From assembly GCF_000981785.2 (NCBI RefSeq), contig NZ_CP011304.1:4020001-4052000 (forward strand): DNA of 32,000 nucleotides, in the 5' to 3' direction. The notes under the pieces are model-generated. The model was not told where the DNA came from, ran no database searches, and saw only the letters and a program-made list of their open reading frames with translations. Of this stretch, positions 17,660-27,982 are shown piece by piece; the stretch's first letter is position 1, and each line of letters opens with the position of its first letter. A program made the translations under genes and the position numbers. This DNA comes from Microcystis aeruginosa NIES-2549. Its GTDB lineage: Bacteria > Cyanobacteriota > Cyanobacteriia > Cyanobacteriales > Microcystaceae.

Positions 17660-17920
17660 CAGTTAAAGTCATTGACTTACTTTTAACTGTAAGTGAAAGT
17701 GAACCAGGGTAGAAGACTGGGGAAGAATAACTAATTCATAAAATCCGTTCTGTTAAACTTACTCAAATCTACTCATGAGCAAATTTGACGTTAACTTCCT
17801 GCTTCACTGTAGTAGTGTCGGCACTATCTATTCCACAAGCTGACACGGTGGAACTCACCGCCAAAGAAGCTAGATTTAGACTAGCGTTCCAGTCTCGACC
17901 GCAAACTACATGGCATTGCT
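17660..17920 (-). ncRNA. expected TnpB omega-RNA (reRNA) overlapping the tnpB 3' end and right end; boundaries not determined
   Basis: The position follows established TnpB biology. An inverted repeat CAGTTAAAG / CTTTTAACTG lies at about 17659-17689, downstream of the tnpB stop. Confidence 0.35.
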
Positions 17921-18944
17921 CACACTCAAAAACTCTTTCAGTTAAAGATAGAGACTCTTTTTTGTACCCACAATTGGAACAGGTTTTACTGCTAGGAAAC
18001 CACCTATCAGCTATGATTAATTCCGAACCATACAACTGAGTTTTATAATCAAGTTGTATGGTTCGGAACTCGTAAAAACCCATATCCTGAACGGCTTTAG
18101 CTAATTTGTGATTAGTCATCATCCCAGACACGTTTAAATCCTCAATTACTATCTGGCCGTGGTTCTTGGCTAAATAAGTGGTGAGTTTATGTAACGTATC
18201 TTTACGGATATTAGCTATTTTAAAATGAAGTTTAGCTATTTGCCGTTGGGCTTTATTCCAATTATTTGAACCTTTTACCTTATGTCGGTTCAAGTATTGA
18301 AGTCTGGCTAATTGTTTTTCGTATTTACGATAACTTTTAGAGCCTTCAAACGTCTCACCTGTCGATAAAGTAGCCAAAGATTTAATTCCCAGATCACAAC
18401 CAACTACATCATGAGTTTTATTGGTTGTTTGCTGTTCAACTTCCATCTTAAAACTAATAAACCACCTATTAGCTTTTTTACTAATAGTAACAGATTTTGG
18501 CTGGTATCCATCAGGTAGCCGCTCGTAAGTTTTTAACCAACCAATCACAGGAACTTTTATCTTTTGATGGGCAATTTTAATGCTCCCATCTAAAGTGAAA
18601 CTATCCTGTTTACCTTTCTTCTTGAAATTTGGTGGTTTAGCTATCTTCTTGAAGCATCTTTTCCAAGCATCAGATAAAGCTCTTAACGCCCATTGGGGAG
18701 CGCATTTAGACACTTGGTAATACCAATCATGCTCTGATTTTACCAATGCTACCAACCATTCAGGTCGGTCAATAGCCGTAGGAAACTTGATTTTTTCATC
18801 AGGGTTAGCTTGATTATGGTCTAAAATTTGCTTGGTTAAAGCCAAACCCCAATTCCAAGCATGACGTGCGGTTCCTGCGTGTTGGGCTAATAATGAGCGT
18901 TGTTGATTATTTAGTTTTAACTCAGTCTTGAATCCTAGTAGCAA
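17769..18944 (-). CDS. tnpB: RNA-guided endonuclease TnpB (OrfB_IS605 family)
   Basis: RuvC D (VGCDLGIK), E (IVIEDLNVSGM), Zn finger (CSNCGY..CEQCHVVCGRD) and RuvC-III D (RDWNASLNLA) are all present. The N-terminus GFKTELKLNNQQRSLL is typical. The start is a TTG and is uncertain. Confidence 0.88.
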   Translation of the reverse strand: MLLGFKTELKLNNQQRSLLAQHAGTARHAWNWGLALTKQILDHNQANPDEKIKFPTAIDRPEWLVALVKSEHDWYYQVSKCAPQWALRALSDAWKRCFKKIAKPPNFKKKGKQDSFTLDGSIKIAHQKIKVPVIGWLKTYERLPDGYQPKSVTISKKANRWFISFKMEVEQQTTNKTHDVVGCDLGIKSLATLSTGETFEGSKSYRKYEKQLARLQYLNRHKVKGSNNWNKAQRQIAKLHFKIANIRKDTLHKLTTYLAKNHGQIVIEDLNVSGMMTNHKLAKAVQDMGFYEFRTIQLDYKTQLYGSELIIADRWFPSSKTCSNCGYKKESLSLTERVFECEQCHVVCGRDWNASLNLASLAVSSTVSACGIDSADTTTVKQEVNVKFAHE

Positions 18945-19530
18945 CGTCTCTTAACTCCTCTACGATTTTTCTATTTTTATGGCTTCTAGAGCCATACAAT
19001 CTAGCGGAAAATACCGTAATAATTTCTAAGACATCTGGCGCTAAATCCTCCTCAAATGTACTGTCTTCAGTTCGATTGATAATGACAACTTCAGTTCCGA
19101 ATTGCTCACACAGACTAAAGATTAGTTCACTACCAAATCTAAGTAATCTATCCTTATGAGTTAAGACCAATCTCTCTACTTTACTATCAACAATCAATCG
19201 AATTAATCGCTTTAATCCTTTTTTGTTGTAGTTAAGTCCTGAACCTAAGTCGTCTATAATTTCAACTTGCCAACCGTTTTGAGCGCAAAACAGTTCGACA
19301 ACTTCTTTTTGACGTTCTAAATCTTTCTTTTGATCATGACTAGAAACGCGACAATAGCCAACAGTATAGGAAAGATTCTCTTTTACTCCAAGCAACTGAG
19401 AGACGGTATAACGTCGATGCCCGTTAGCAGTTCTTTCTGGTATTAGTTTACCTTCAGACTCCCAACGTCTTAATGTCGATACGCTTACACCTTTTAATTT
19501 AGCCGCTTCTGATATGGTCAACTTACTCAT
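18922..19530 (-). CDS. tnpA: IS607-family serine recombinase TnpA (MerR-like HTH plus resolvase catalytic domain)
   Basis: LTISEAAKLKGVSVSTLRRWESEGKL (MerR-type HTH) followed by GYCRVSSHDQ (catalytic Ser motif); 202 aa. Confidence 0.88.
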   Translation of the reverse strand: MSKLTISEAAKLKGVSVSTLRRWESEGKLIPERTANGHRRYTVSQLLGVKENLSYTVGYCRVSSHDQKKDLERQKEVVELFCAQNGWQVEIIDDLGSGLNYNKKGLKRLIRLIVDSKVERLVLTHKDRLLRFGSELIFSLCEQFGTEVVIINRTEDSTFEEDLAPDVLEIITVFSARLYGSRSHKNRKIVEELRDVATRIQD

Positions 19531-19596
19531 AAAACTATTATAGCATAAGTCATGAGTAATTTTGGATAGTATTAGTTAGGTTTTTGGTTCCTGTGA

Positions 19597-20337
19597 TTAA
19601 CCCTCTTCGGATAATTGACCAGACCATTGCCGATCGCTAGACTTGTCTAAAAGGGTAATATTACCCGTGGGAAAGTAGAAAGATAGTAAAACTTCGCCTT
19701 CCGTCTCTAAATTTAAGTTTAACCGATCACTGGAACGCAATTTTATCCCATAGGCTTTTCCTTGTCCCTGGCTGAAAATTGCCTCGATAATCTCTTCTCC
19801 TCCCGCGTCTAAACTTTTGATCGCTTGTTAGGATAGGCCAGACTGTAAAGATTCTAACTGATTCCAGGCCAAACCACTCCACAATTGCCCTAGACTCTTA
19901 TCAAAATTTGGTCTTTCTGTCAATTCTGGAAATAGCTGAAAAAAGGCATTATCAGTGAGTAAATTAAGGACTATACTGCTTAATCGTAACTGATTCACTT
20001 GTTCTCGCCATTTTTGTCGCTGTTGCTCGTTTTAGCTACCTAATGCTTCCCTAGGTTCAAAATCGAGACGTTCTAAGCGATACCGAGGATTTCTGCTGCT
20101 AAAATATCTCTTTGTTCCTGTTTCTGTTTTTCCTCTTTGATATCCCCGTAGCAGAGGCTAAACAATTCCTTGACGAGATTTTTAAAAAACTTACCATCAA
20201 TTCCCAACTCTAGAAGACGCTTTCTCATCTCGGCTTTCCGTTGCCATGCCCTATCTGTGGCAGAATTTAAATTATTTTCCTCCGTGGCAAAAACGGGTTT
20301 AACGGTTTCGGGTTGATTACTGTGTTTAACCCAAATT
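19597..20337 (-). pseudogene. decayed gene remnant (several in-frame stops/frameshifts); 3' end with a natural TAA at 19597-19599
   Basis: Hand translation of the minus strand gives long protein-like stretches (..RKRLLELGIDGKFFKNLVKELF.. and ..FPELTERPNFDKSLGQLWSGLAWNQLESLQSGLS*QAIKSLDAGGEEIIEAIFSQGQGKAYGIKLRSSDRLNLNLETEGEVLLSFYFPTGN..) broken by stops and a frame change. No ORF of 60 aa or more survives. Family uncertain; it resembles C-terminal regions of cyanobacterial Ser/Thr-kinase-associated proteins. Confidence 0.5.
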
Positions 20338-20340
20338 TTC

Positions 20341-20520
20341 GATAAATTGCGTTATTTTAGTCCTAAGGGACAGTTAATCCCAACACCGGTCGAAGCCGCT
20401 ATTCTGGAGAGACAGTCCAAAAAATCTGAACGTCGGCAAAAAGAACTGGCTTCACCAAAAGTCGAGCAGTTAACGGCAAGATTAAGGGAATTAGGCATCA
20501 ATCCCGATGAAACCCTGTAG
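20341..20520 (+). pseudogene. 3' fragment of a Uma2 (DUF820) family endonuclease gene
   Basis: It encodes DKLRYFSPKGQLIPTPVEAAILE..QLTARLRELGINPDETL*. The DNA is clearly homologous to 22125-22346, and the shared flank continues to about 20575 and about 22395. It lacks the entire N-terminal catalytic part. Confidence 0.65.
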
Positions 20521-20587
20521 GGGTACAAGGTGTTCAGTGAGTTTATCGAACTGCTTGCAATCCCAACCCTCATCGGGAAAACCAAAA

Positions 20588-21172
20588 TTAACCTTTTTTG
20601 ATAACTTTAGAAGCCAAGGCACCCAACCCTAACCCCAATAAGGCAACAACGCTACCCGGTTCCGGGACGAGTTGTAACTGCCACGTTAGAGCAGTAGGCA
20701 CAAATGGGGTATCTTCAGCGTCTGTGTCAAGAGCATCAAGTGGCGCAGCAGCAAACAAAGAATTAAAAACCAAGCCATTCGCAGGGTCGATAGCACTAGG
20801 GCCAAAGCCAAAATACTCAGACCAACCAGTGTCAGAACCAAAGACAATATCCATCACTGAACCATCGAAACTAACCTTAGCAGGGGCACCGCTACTAGAA
20901 AACGCATTACTGTAGGAATCGAAATCAGTCCAGTTAAGCGTAGTTTCGGCATAGGAGAGCGATAGCGGGGTTACTTGAGTGACATCCACAATATTCCCTG
21001 TAGCTGTTCCTGTCAGTGTTCCCGTGACAGTTACTGGAGTATCAGCTGTTGGTGATGAGAATGGGTTATTGAAAGTGTAGGAGAAAGAGAACAGGGCAGC
21101 TTGGGCAGGAGAAGCCAAGATGGTTAAGCCGATGGCGGTAGTGGCAACGGCTAAAGAGGTTTTTAAGGACAT
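20588..21172 (-). CDS. PEP-CTERM sorting-domain secreted protein
   Basis: N-terminal signal peptide (MSLKTSLAVATTAIGLTILASPAQA) and C-terminal VPEPGSVVALLGLGLGALASKVIKKG (PEP motif, TM helix, basic tail). Confidence 0.85.
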   Translation of the reverse strand: MSLKTSLAVATTAIGLTILASPAQAALFSFSYTFNNPFSSPTADTPVTVTGTLTGTATGNIVDVTQVTPLSLSYAETTLNWTDFDSYSNAFSSSGAPAKVSFDGSVMDIVFGSDTGWSEYFGFGPSAIDPANGLVFNSLFAAAPLDALDTDAEDTPFVPTALTWQLQLVPEPGSVVALLGLGLGALASKVIKKG

Positions 21173-21707
21173 AATTGTTTTCTAAGGAAAAAATACCATT
21201 AGCTACACGGTCGATGCTAACACGGGGTGGGTGGGTAGTCAAGTATTTTCAGAAAGTTAATATAAATTCAGGGAATAATTCCCAAACCAACTGCAACAGC
21301 CAAAGCTTTTTTTTAGCTAAAGCTATTTTTTGCTCGGTATTGGGGCAGATCTTAAATTTGTCTGCTTTGTTCATCAAGTTATCAGGACACTGTGTTTATG
21401 ATCACACAGCTTTCGGGAGTTGTATATATACAAAGTCAGCATTCATGAGGGGAAACCTGGGGCGAATTAATTCGCTCCTTTAAAAGGCCCGTCCCATCGC
21501 ACTAAGCGCGAGGGACGAATGCTGACACTAAGTTAAACTTTAACCCCTTCCCAAAAACCCCATTTCCCCAAAAATAAGCTAAGAGGCATTCAAACCGCTT
21601 ATTTTTAGATTGGTGGCATCTCTCCCAATCCCTTTACTGTTGTCCCTTGTCCCATCACAACCAGCAGTTTAAATACACAGGCAGCTTATTATTCCTAGCA
21701 GATAACC

Positions 21708-22346
21708 ATGACTACGACTCAACCCCTATCCCCTGGCCAAACCGCCCGAAAAGATGAGATAATCTTCCCAAAAGGCGAATTTTGGAGTGATGAACCAACC
21801 TGGGAAAGTAATTTACATCTAACTCAGATTATTTTATTGATCAAATGCCTAGAATGGTTATGGCAAGATAGAGAAGATTACTTTGCAACCTGGAATTTAA
21901 CCATCTACTACAGCCCAAATCAGAAAAAATCAGAATACTTTAGAGAACCTGACTTTTTTGTAGTATTAGGGACAACTAGAAACCAAAACCGGAAAAGTTG
22001 GGTAATATGGCAAGAAGAGGGAAAATATCAACCGATTGAACCCAATCAGCAAGGCTTGCCCTGAGCCAGGCCGAAGGGTTGGTTATGAAGTGAAGAATTG
22101 GGCTTATATTTAGGTATCTACGCCGATAAATTCCGTTATTTTAGTCCTAAAGGTCAATTAATCCCAACACCGGTCGAAGCCGCTCTTCTGGAGAAACACG
22201 CGAAAGAATCTGAACGTCAACAAAAAGAACTGGTTTTACAGCAAAAGGAATATGAAAGACAACAAAAAGAACTGGCTTTACAAAAAATTGAGCAGTTAAC
22301 GGCAAGATTAAGAGAATTAGGCATTAATCCCGATGAAACCCTCTAG
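21708..22346 (+). pseudogene. Uma2 (DUF820) family putative endonuclease, disrupted (internal deletion plus in-frame stops)
   Basis: The N-terminal part ends ..EPDFFVVLG..SWVIWQEEGKY then jumps to late-domain sequence and stops at 22064. The C-terminal part (SEELGLYLGIYADKFRYFSPKGQLIPTPVEAA..RLRELGINPDETL) is in another frame, so the ORF track splits it into 21708-22064 and 22098-22346 (TTG start). Confidence 0.65.
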
Positions 22347-22397
22347 GGGTGCAAGGTGGTCAGTGAGTTTATCGAACTGCTTGCAACCCCAACCCTG

Positions 22398-22434
22398 ATT
22401 AACCCTTGCAGGGTTTGTAGTGGGTTAATTTTTT
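22398..22434 (+). terminator. possible terminator after the Uma2 remnant
   Basis: ATTAACCC (22398-22405) / GGGTTAAT (22422-22429) followed by a T run. The loop is long and contains an alternative inner hairpin AACCCT/AGGGTT. Confidence 0.4.
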
Positions 22435-22634
22435 AGATAGCAGCGCAGCAACCGAACCACTGAGCTTAAAACTTTGTCCCCTTCCCGAAAACCCCATCAC
22501 CCTATTTGTCTAAAAATATTAAGAGATGTAACTATTTATGCCTAACCTAGAAAGTGATTACTCAACAGGGGTGAGATCAGGATAGTCTAGATCGAGCAGT
22601 CAGATAGATGTTTACTTAAATTCCTACTTCAGAT

Positions 22635-23594
22635 ATGTCCGTTTCTAGTCCTCCTCGTTCCCTGCGTATCGGTTCGCGTAAAAGTCAGTTAGCCCTAGTA
22701 CAAACCTATTGGGTACAGGCAGAATTGAGTAAACACCACCCCCATCGACAGTTTGAGGTGGAGACGATGAGTACCCAAGGCGATAAAATTCTCGATGTGG
22801 CCCTGGCGAAAATCGGTGATAAGGGTTTATTTACCAAAGAATTAGAAGTGGGAATGTTGGATAGATCGATCGATCTTGCTGTCCATTCTCTCAAGGATCT
22901 GCCCACTAATTTGCCCGAAGGTTTAATCTTGGGTTGCGTCACGGAAAGAGTTAATCCGGCCGATGCTTTGGTGGTAAATAGCCAAAACCAAGACTATCAA
23001 TTAGATACTTTACCGGCAGGTGCGGTGGTGGGGACTTCTTCCCTGCGGCGATTAGCCCAGTTGCGTTATCATTATCCCCATCTGACTTTTAAAGATGTGC
23101 GCGGCAATGTTAACACCCGTCTGGCAAAACTGGACGCGGGAGAATACGATGCGATTATTCTGGCAGTAGCGGGACTAGAAAGGTTAGGATTAGGCGATCG
23201 AGTTCATCAGGTTATTCCGGCAGCAATTTCTCTCCATGCGGTGGGACAGGGGGCTTTAGGGATAGAATGCCGCGATGGGGATGCGGAGGTTTTGCAAGTC
23301 CTAAAAGTGTTGGAACACGCCCCTAGCCGCGATAGATGCTATGCTGAACGCGCTTTTTTACGCGAGTTGCAGGGGGGCTGTCAAGTTCCCATCGGAGTGA
23401 ATACGGCGATCGAGGATGGTATTCTAACTTTAACGGGTATGGTGGCTAGTCTCGACGGTAAGCGCCTGATTAAGGACTCGGTTAGCGGCGATCCTAGCCA
23501 TGGGGAAGTCTTAGGACGAGATTTAGCCCATAAAGTGCGCGAGGCTGGTGCTGGAGAGATTTTAGCCGAGATTTTCGCTGAAGTGGGCCGATAA
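22635..23594 (+). CDS. hemC: hydroxymethylbilane synthase (porphobilinogen deaminase)
   Basis: [13 protein letters not shown].., [41 protein letters not shown]; canonical HemC. Confidence 0.96.
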   Translation: MSVSSPPRSLRIGSRKSQLALVQTYWVQAELSKHHPHRQFEVETMSTQGDKILDVALAKIGDKGLFTKELEVGMLDRSIDLAVHSLKDLPTNLPEGLILGCVTERVNPADALVVNSQNQDYQLDTLPAGAVVGTSSLRRLAQLRYHYPHLTFKDVRGNVNTRLAKLDAGEYDAIILAVAGLERLGLGDRVHQVIPAAISLHAVGQGALGIECRDGDAEVLQVLKVLEHAPSRDRCYAERAFLRELQGGCQVPIGVNTAIEDGILTLTGMVASLDGKRLIKDSVSGDPSHGEVLGRDLAHKVREAGAGEILAEIFAEVGR

Positions 23595-23684
23595 TCAGTG
23601 ATCAGCGCCCATTAACCCTACACCCCACACCCTGCCGCTGCAGGATTAATTTTTGGGCTTTATCTCATTGTCGAGTCAAGAGGT

Positions 23685-23728
23685 AAAAATACAAATAAAG
23701 CGAGAACTGTCGCCCTTGCAGTTCCCGC
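23685..23728 (-). terminator. Rho-independent terminator of petF
   Basis: On the minus strand, GCGGGAACTG / CAGTTCTCGC (10-bp stem, 1 mismatch, 23700-23728) is followed by TTTATTTGTATTTTT. Confidence 0.6.
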
Positions 23729-23779
23729 TCTATTATTGTTGTATTGTTGGAGTATCTAACCCCCAAATATTGAGTTAAA

Positions 23780-24085
<306 letters not shown>

Positions 24086-24661
24086 TTAATCAATCTAGTG
24101 AAAACGGCAGTGTCAAAATTACCTTTTATCGCCGTTTAGACTGAACGGTTCGAATGAGTTTCCTTTTTGATACTACGCGAAAATTTACTCAGCTTAACTT
24201 AGCATTAGTAATCACAGCCTTAAATAAATTAAAATAATATTTACTTATCACTTTAGCAGATTAGCTGTTTAATTAAAAATAGCCTAGTCTCGTAAAACAA
24301 AAATCTGCATAGCCCATCCTTCCCTAATGCCTTAAAAAGGGTTTATTCGGTCAAATAGTGCCAAAAGCGTCAGCAAACAACTGAGAGCGCACCAAACCGA
24401 AAAAAATCTAGTAGAAGCGATTTGGCTACAGTTAACAACTCTTTTGAGCAGATTTTATGGGATGGCGAAAGGTTTTTCTGTGGTTAAACGACTGTTCGAG
24501 TTTTTGGCTAAATTTCAATCATTTAATTTTCCTAACCTTAAAAAATACGATACCTTTTCACATTTCATTTAGGGATGCTATAGCTAACAAAGTTAATCCG
24601 ACTGGGGATTGGAAATTGTACTCGTCACTATTTAAGTAGGTAGGGGTTAAAAGCTGTCAGA

Positions 24662-24739
24662 CACCCCCCTTATCAAGGGGAGCAGGGGGGATCCCCCCGC
24701 CTATCGGCACCCCCCTTATTAAGGGGGGCAGGGGGGATC
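24662..24739. repeat. two copies of a GC-rich palindromic unit CACCCCCCTTAT(C/T)AAGGGG(A/G)GCAGGGGGGATC
   Basis: Units at 24662-24692 and 24709-24739, each containing a C6..G6 hairpin. A related G/C-run element lies at 9705-9775. Confidence 0.85.
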
Positions 24740-25283
24740 AGAGGCAATAACTACTTACTTAAATTGTAATCGTTATAATCTAATCAGTCTTATTTTAAGA
24801 CATAAACAAGCTATTAAGAGATTTAGCAAAATTCTAGGGGGTCAGTTTTAGTAACTGCATAATGATATATTGTCTTAAGCGATCGCGGCTTTGAGCCTGT
24901 GCATTAACAAACAAACTATAATCCGCTGGACAGCATTTCTCATAATTTACACTGCCTAGGAAAAATTTTAGTACAAATGCTCGAACTGACAACACCGGTA
25001 CTCATTGAGATAGTCAACAGCTGATCGCAGCCACCTCTGTTTTACCATATTTGGCTACACTTGGCTTCTCATAGGGATTTTAGGCTTTTTCGTCACCCCG
25101 TCAGAGCAAGAGCAAAACAGAGACAGAAGCGAAGCTCAACCCAATGATTAGCTAATGCTATCGATAAACATCTTCAGTACTGCTTTTGAGAAGGAGAGGG
25201 GTTGCTAAAGCCTCTATAATAAGTAGCCATAGAGATGCCGACAACTTCCCCTGTCGATAGCGAATAAGGAGAAAAAAAACCCA

Positions 25284-25646
25284 GTGTTTGTCCTCAAAGG
25301 TTACGAGTATTTTCTAGGATTTCTGCTCGCTTGCAGTTTAGTACCAATCCTATCCCTAACTGCCTCCAAAGTCCTACGGCCTAGTGGTGGCGGTCCGGAA
25401 AGACGCACTACCTATGAATCGGGGATGGAACCGATCGGCGGTGCTTGGATTCAGTTTAACATTCGTTATTATATGTTTGCCCTCGTTTTCGTGGTTTTTG
25501 ACGTGGAAACCGTCTTTCTCTACCCTTGGGCAGTGGCTTTCAATCAATTGGGCCTATTAGCTTTTGTAGAAGCACTGATCTTTATTGCTATCCTTGTGGT
25601 TGCTCTCGTCTATGCTTGGCGGAAAGGAGCCTTAGAATGGTCATAA
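25284..25646 (+). CDS. ndhC: NAD(P)H-quinone oxidoreductase subunit 3 (NDH-1 NdhC)
   Basis: GTG start. [47 protein letters not shown]; canonical NdhC, 120 aa. Confidence 0.95.
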   Translation: MFVLKGYEYFLGFLLACSLVPILSLTASKVLRPSGGGPERRTTYESGMEPIGGAWIQFNIRYYMFALVFVVFDVETVFLYPWAVAFNQLGLLAFVEALIFIAILVVALVYAWRKGALEWS

Positions 25647-25693
25647 CGGCCATAATTTTCCTTATTTTTGACTTTTCATGAGAGGATAACCCG

Positions 25694-26437
25694 ATGAGTC
25701 CCAACCCTACCAGCGAATTTAAGCAAATTATCGCACAACAAAGCGAAAAAATCCTCAATCCCATCGAACGCACCAAAGTTACCCAGGATTTATCGGAAAA
25801 TGTCATCCTGACTACCGTTGATGACCTGTATAACTGGGCGCGTTTGTCAAGTCTTTGGCCGATGCTATACGGTACAGCTTGCTGTTTTATCGAGTTCGCG
25901 GCCTTGATTGGTTCCCGTTTTGATTTCGATCGCTTTGGTTTAGTTCCCCGTTCTAGTCCCCGGCAAGCCGATTTAATCATCACTGCCGGTACAATCACCA
26001 TGAAAATGGCCCCCGCTTTGGTGCGTCTGTACGAAGAAATGCCGGAACCTAAATACGTTATCGCCATGGGTGCCTGTACGATTACGGGGGGAATGTTCAG
26101 CAGTGACTCCACCACCGCAGTTAGAGGGGTAGATAAACTTATCCCCGTGGATGTCTATATACCCGGTTGTCCCCCCCGTCCGGAAGCGATTATCGACGCG
26201 ATTATTAAACTGCGGAAAAAAGTCGCTAACGAATCTATTCAAGAACGCGGGACTGTCCTCCAACAAACCAATCGTTATTACAGCACCACCCACAAAATGC
26301 AGGCCACGGAACCGATTCTTACGGGTAAATATCTGCAATCGGCCACCCGTCAAGCACCTCCGAAAGAGTTACTAGAAGCCACCGGGATGCCTGTTCCTCC
26401 CGCTCTTTTGACCACGAAACAAAAGGAAGAAATCTAA
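25694..26437 (+). CDS. ndhK: NAD(P)H-quinone oxidoreductase subunit K (NdhK)
   Basis: [15 protein letters not shown].. and [22 protein letters not shown], the Fe-S ligand motifs of the NuoB/NdhK family. Confidence 0.95.
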   Translation: MSPNPTSEFKQIIAQQSEKILNPIERTKVTQDLSENVILTTVDDLYNWARLSSLWPMLYGTACCFIEFAALIGSRFDFDRFGLVPRSSPRQADLIITAGTITMKMAPALVRLYEEMPEPKYVIAMGACTITGGMFSSDSTTAVRGVDKLIPVDVYIPGCPPRPEAIIDAIIKLRKKVANESIQERGTVLQQTNRYYSTTHKMQATEPILTGKYLQSATRQAPPKELLEATGMPVPPALLTTKQKEEI

Positions 26438-26941
26438 ATGACTGAAGAAACGACAGCTATTGTGCAAGCTGGCCCCACTTCGATTTGGTTAAGCGAAAAT
26501 GGTTTTGATCATCAAGCTTTAGAAGCTGACCATAGTGGTGTGGAATTGATTAAAGTAGAAGCAGAATTTTTAATTCCTCTGGCCACTGCTTTATTCGCTT
26601 ATGGCTTTAATTATCTCCAATGTCAGGGCGCTTACGATTTGGGACCAGGGAAAGAATTAGTTAGTTTCTATCATCTGGTCAAAGTAACCGATAATGTCGA
26701 TAGTCCCGTGGAAGTGCGCTTAAAAGTCTTTCTTCCTAGAGATAATCCCCGGGTTGCCTCGGTTTACTGGATTTGGAAAGCTGCTGACTGGCAAGAACGA
26801 GAAAGTTATGATATGTTCGGCATTATTTATGAAGGACATCCCCACCTGAAACGGATTTTAATGCCGGAAGATTGGGTCGGTTGGCCCCTACGCAAAGATT
26901 ACGTTTCTCCCGAATTCTACGAACTACAGGACGCTTACTAA
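26438..26941 (+). CDS. ndhJ: NAD(P)H-quinone oxidoreductase subunit J (NdhJ)
   Basis: TAAATG junction with ndhK. ..[36 protein letters not shown] is the NuoC/NdhJ signature. Confidence 0.95.
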   Translation: MTEETTAIVQAGPTSIWLSENGFDHQALEADHSGVELIKVEAEFLIPLATALFAYGFNYLQCQGAYDLGPGKELVSFYHLVKVTDNVDSPVEVRLKVFLPRDNPRVASVYWIWKAADWQERESYDMFGIIYEGHPHLKRILMPEDWVGWPLRKDYVSPEFYELQDAY

Positions 26942-27015
26942 GTCGAGAATTTAATCACTAATTAGGTTATTGATCCTATGGGGTTGGAAGCTATTTCTAG
27001 CCCGATTTTTTTTTG

Positions 27016-27109
27016 ATACTAAATCCGCTGAGTATGGACTACATATCAGGAGAGGCACTCCTGCAAAACGGAGAATAAATAATCAGTTTTTAATAACTGG
27101 ATTTAGTAT
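27016..27109. mobile_element. MITE, long form (94 bp), TIR ATACTAAATCC / GGATTTAGTAT
   Basis: Perfect 11-bp TIRs. The 5' half is nearly identical to 9585-9632 and 9800-9845. It lies between the convergent ndhJ and hydrolase genes. Confidence 0.75.
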
Positions 27110-27112
27110 TAC

Positions 27113-27982
27113 TTAGCCAAGAAAATCCTCGATCGCCTGTGCCGTCTCTTCCGGTGCTTCTTCCGGTAAAAAATGACCACTGGCGATCGCCTGTCCCGTG
27201 ACTTGATTAGCTCGCTGCTGCCAAAGAGCGATCACATCGTATTGACGTGCAATGAAACCTTTTTTTCCCCAAAGAACCAAGAGAGGAGAGGAAATTTTCT
27301 GGTCTAAATCCTGACGATCATGCTCTAAATCGATGGTAGCGGCGGCCCGATAATCGGCACAGGTGGCGGTTATCGTGCTTAAATCTCGAAAACAACGCCG
27401 ATATTCCCCCAAAGCTTCCTCTGTAAAAGCGCTAAAATCTCGCCCCCAACTTTGCAAGCAATGTTGTAGATAATAATCGGGATTAGCGGCGATCAGGGTT
27501 TCGGGAAAAGGAGAAGGCTGAATCAAGAAAAACCAATGATAGTAGGCAGTGGCAAAAGTTTTATCAGTCGCCTCGTACATCGCCAGCGTCGGTGCTATAT
27601 CGAGTAAAACGAGTTTTTTGACCTTTTCGGGAAAATCAAGGGCGATACGGTGGGAAACTCGCGCCCCTCGATCGTGGCCGATCAGATAAAACTCCTGATA
27701 ACCCAATTTTTCCATCAGCAACACCTGATCGAGGGCCATCACCCGCTTGCAATAATTGCTAGAATCCTCTAGGGGTAAGGGTTTATCGCTATCCCCGTAG
27801 CCGCGCAGATCCGTGGCGATTACCGTAAAATTAGCCGCTAATCGGGGGGCGATTTTATGCCACATTTGATGGGTTTGGGGATAACCATGCAGCAAAAGCA
27901 GCGGAAAACCGCGCCCACCTTTGACACCATTGATAGTAATGCCATTAACTTCTAGCTGAAATTTCTGAAAATTTGTCAGCAT
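27113..27982 (-). CDS. alpha/beta-fold hydrolase (haloacetate dehalogenase / epoxide hydrolase-like subfamily)
   Basis: HGYPQTHQMW..DLRGYGDS..GHDRGARV (Asp nucleophile elbow), with a C-terminal SGHFLPEE (catalytic His). Confidence 0.8.
   Translation of the reverse strand: MLTNFQKFQLEVNGITINGVKGGRGFPLLLLHGYPQTHQMWHKIAPRLAANFTVIATDLRGYGDSDKPLPLEDSSNYCKRVMALDQVLLMEKLGYQEFYLIGHDRGARVSHRIALDFPEKVKKLVLLDIAPTLAMYEATDKTFATAYYHWFFLIQPSPFPETLIAANPDYYLQHCLQSWGRDFSAFTEEALGEYRRCFRDLSTITATCADYRAAATIDLEHDRQDLDQKISSPLLVLWGKKGFIARQYDVIALWQQRANQVTGQAIASGHFLPEEAPEETAQAIEDFLG

Larger units (their letters stand above)
17660..19590 (-). mobile_element. IS607-type (IS200/IS605 superfamily) element carrying tnpA (serine recombinase) and tnpB; ends approximate
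   Basis: tnpA and tnpB overlap by 23 nt. Similar subterminal motifs occur near both ends (TCATGACTTA about 19550, TCAATGACTTT about 17670, minus-strand reading). The element sits between the glyQ upstream repeats and a decayed pseudogene. Confidence 0.7.

Noticed and set aside
20352-20585. 77-aa ORF on the minus strand
   Set aside because: It is antisense to the Uma2 3' fragment and its conserved flank, so it is an artefact of the duplicated segment.
21175-21483. 102-aa ORF (+) upstream of the PEP-CTERM gene
   Set aside because: It has a TTG start and low-complexity, Cys/Asn/Ser-rich non-protein-like sequence, and it sits in the promoter region of the divergent PEP-CTERM gene.
24147-24156. 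GGTTCGAATG, a T-loop-like string that might flag a tRNA
   Set aside because: The flanking sequence cannot form a T-stem, acceptor stem or anticodon arm. I found no tRNA in the window.
24457-24639. 60-aa ORF in the petF-ndhC gap
   Set aside because: It is AT-rich with atypical composition, no RBS and no recognisable family. It barely reaches the length cut-off.
25588-26375. ORFs antisense or off-frame to ndhK (25588-26115 -, 25973-26353 -, 26151-26375 +)
   Set aside because: They are shadow ORFs inside a canonical NdhK gene.
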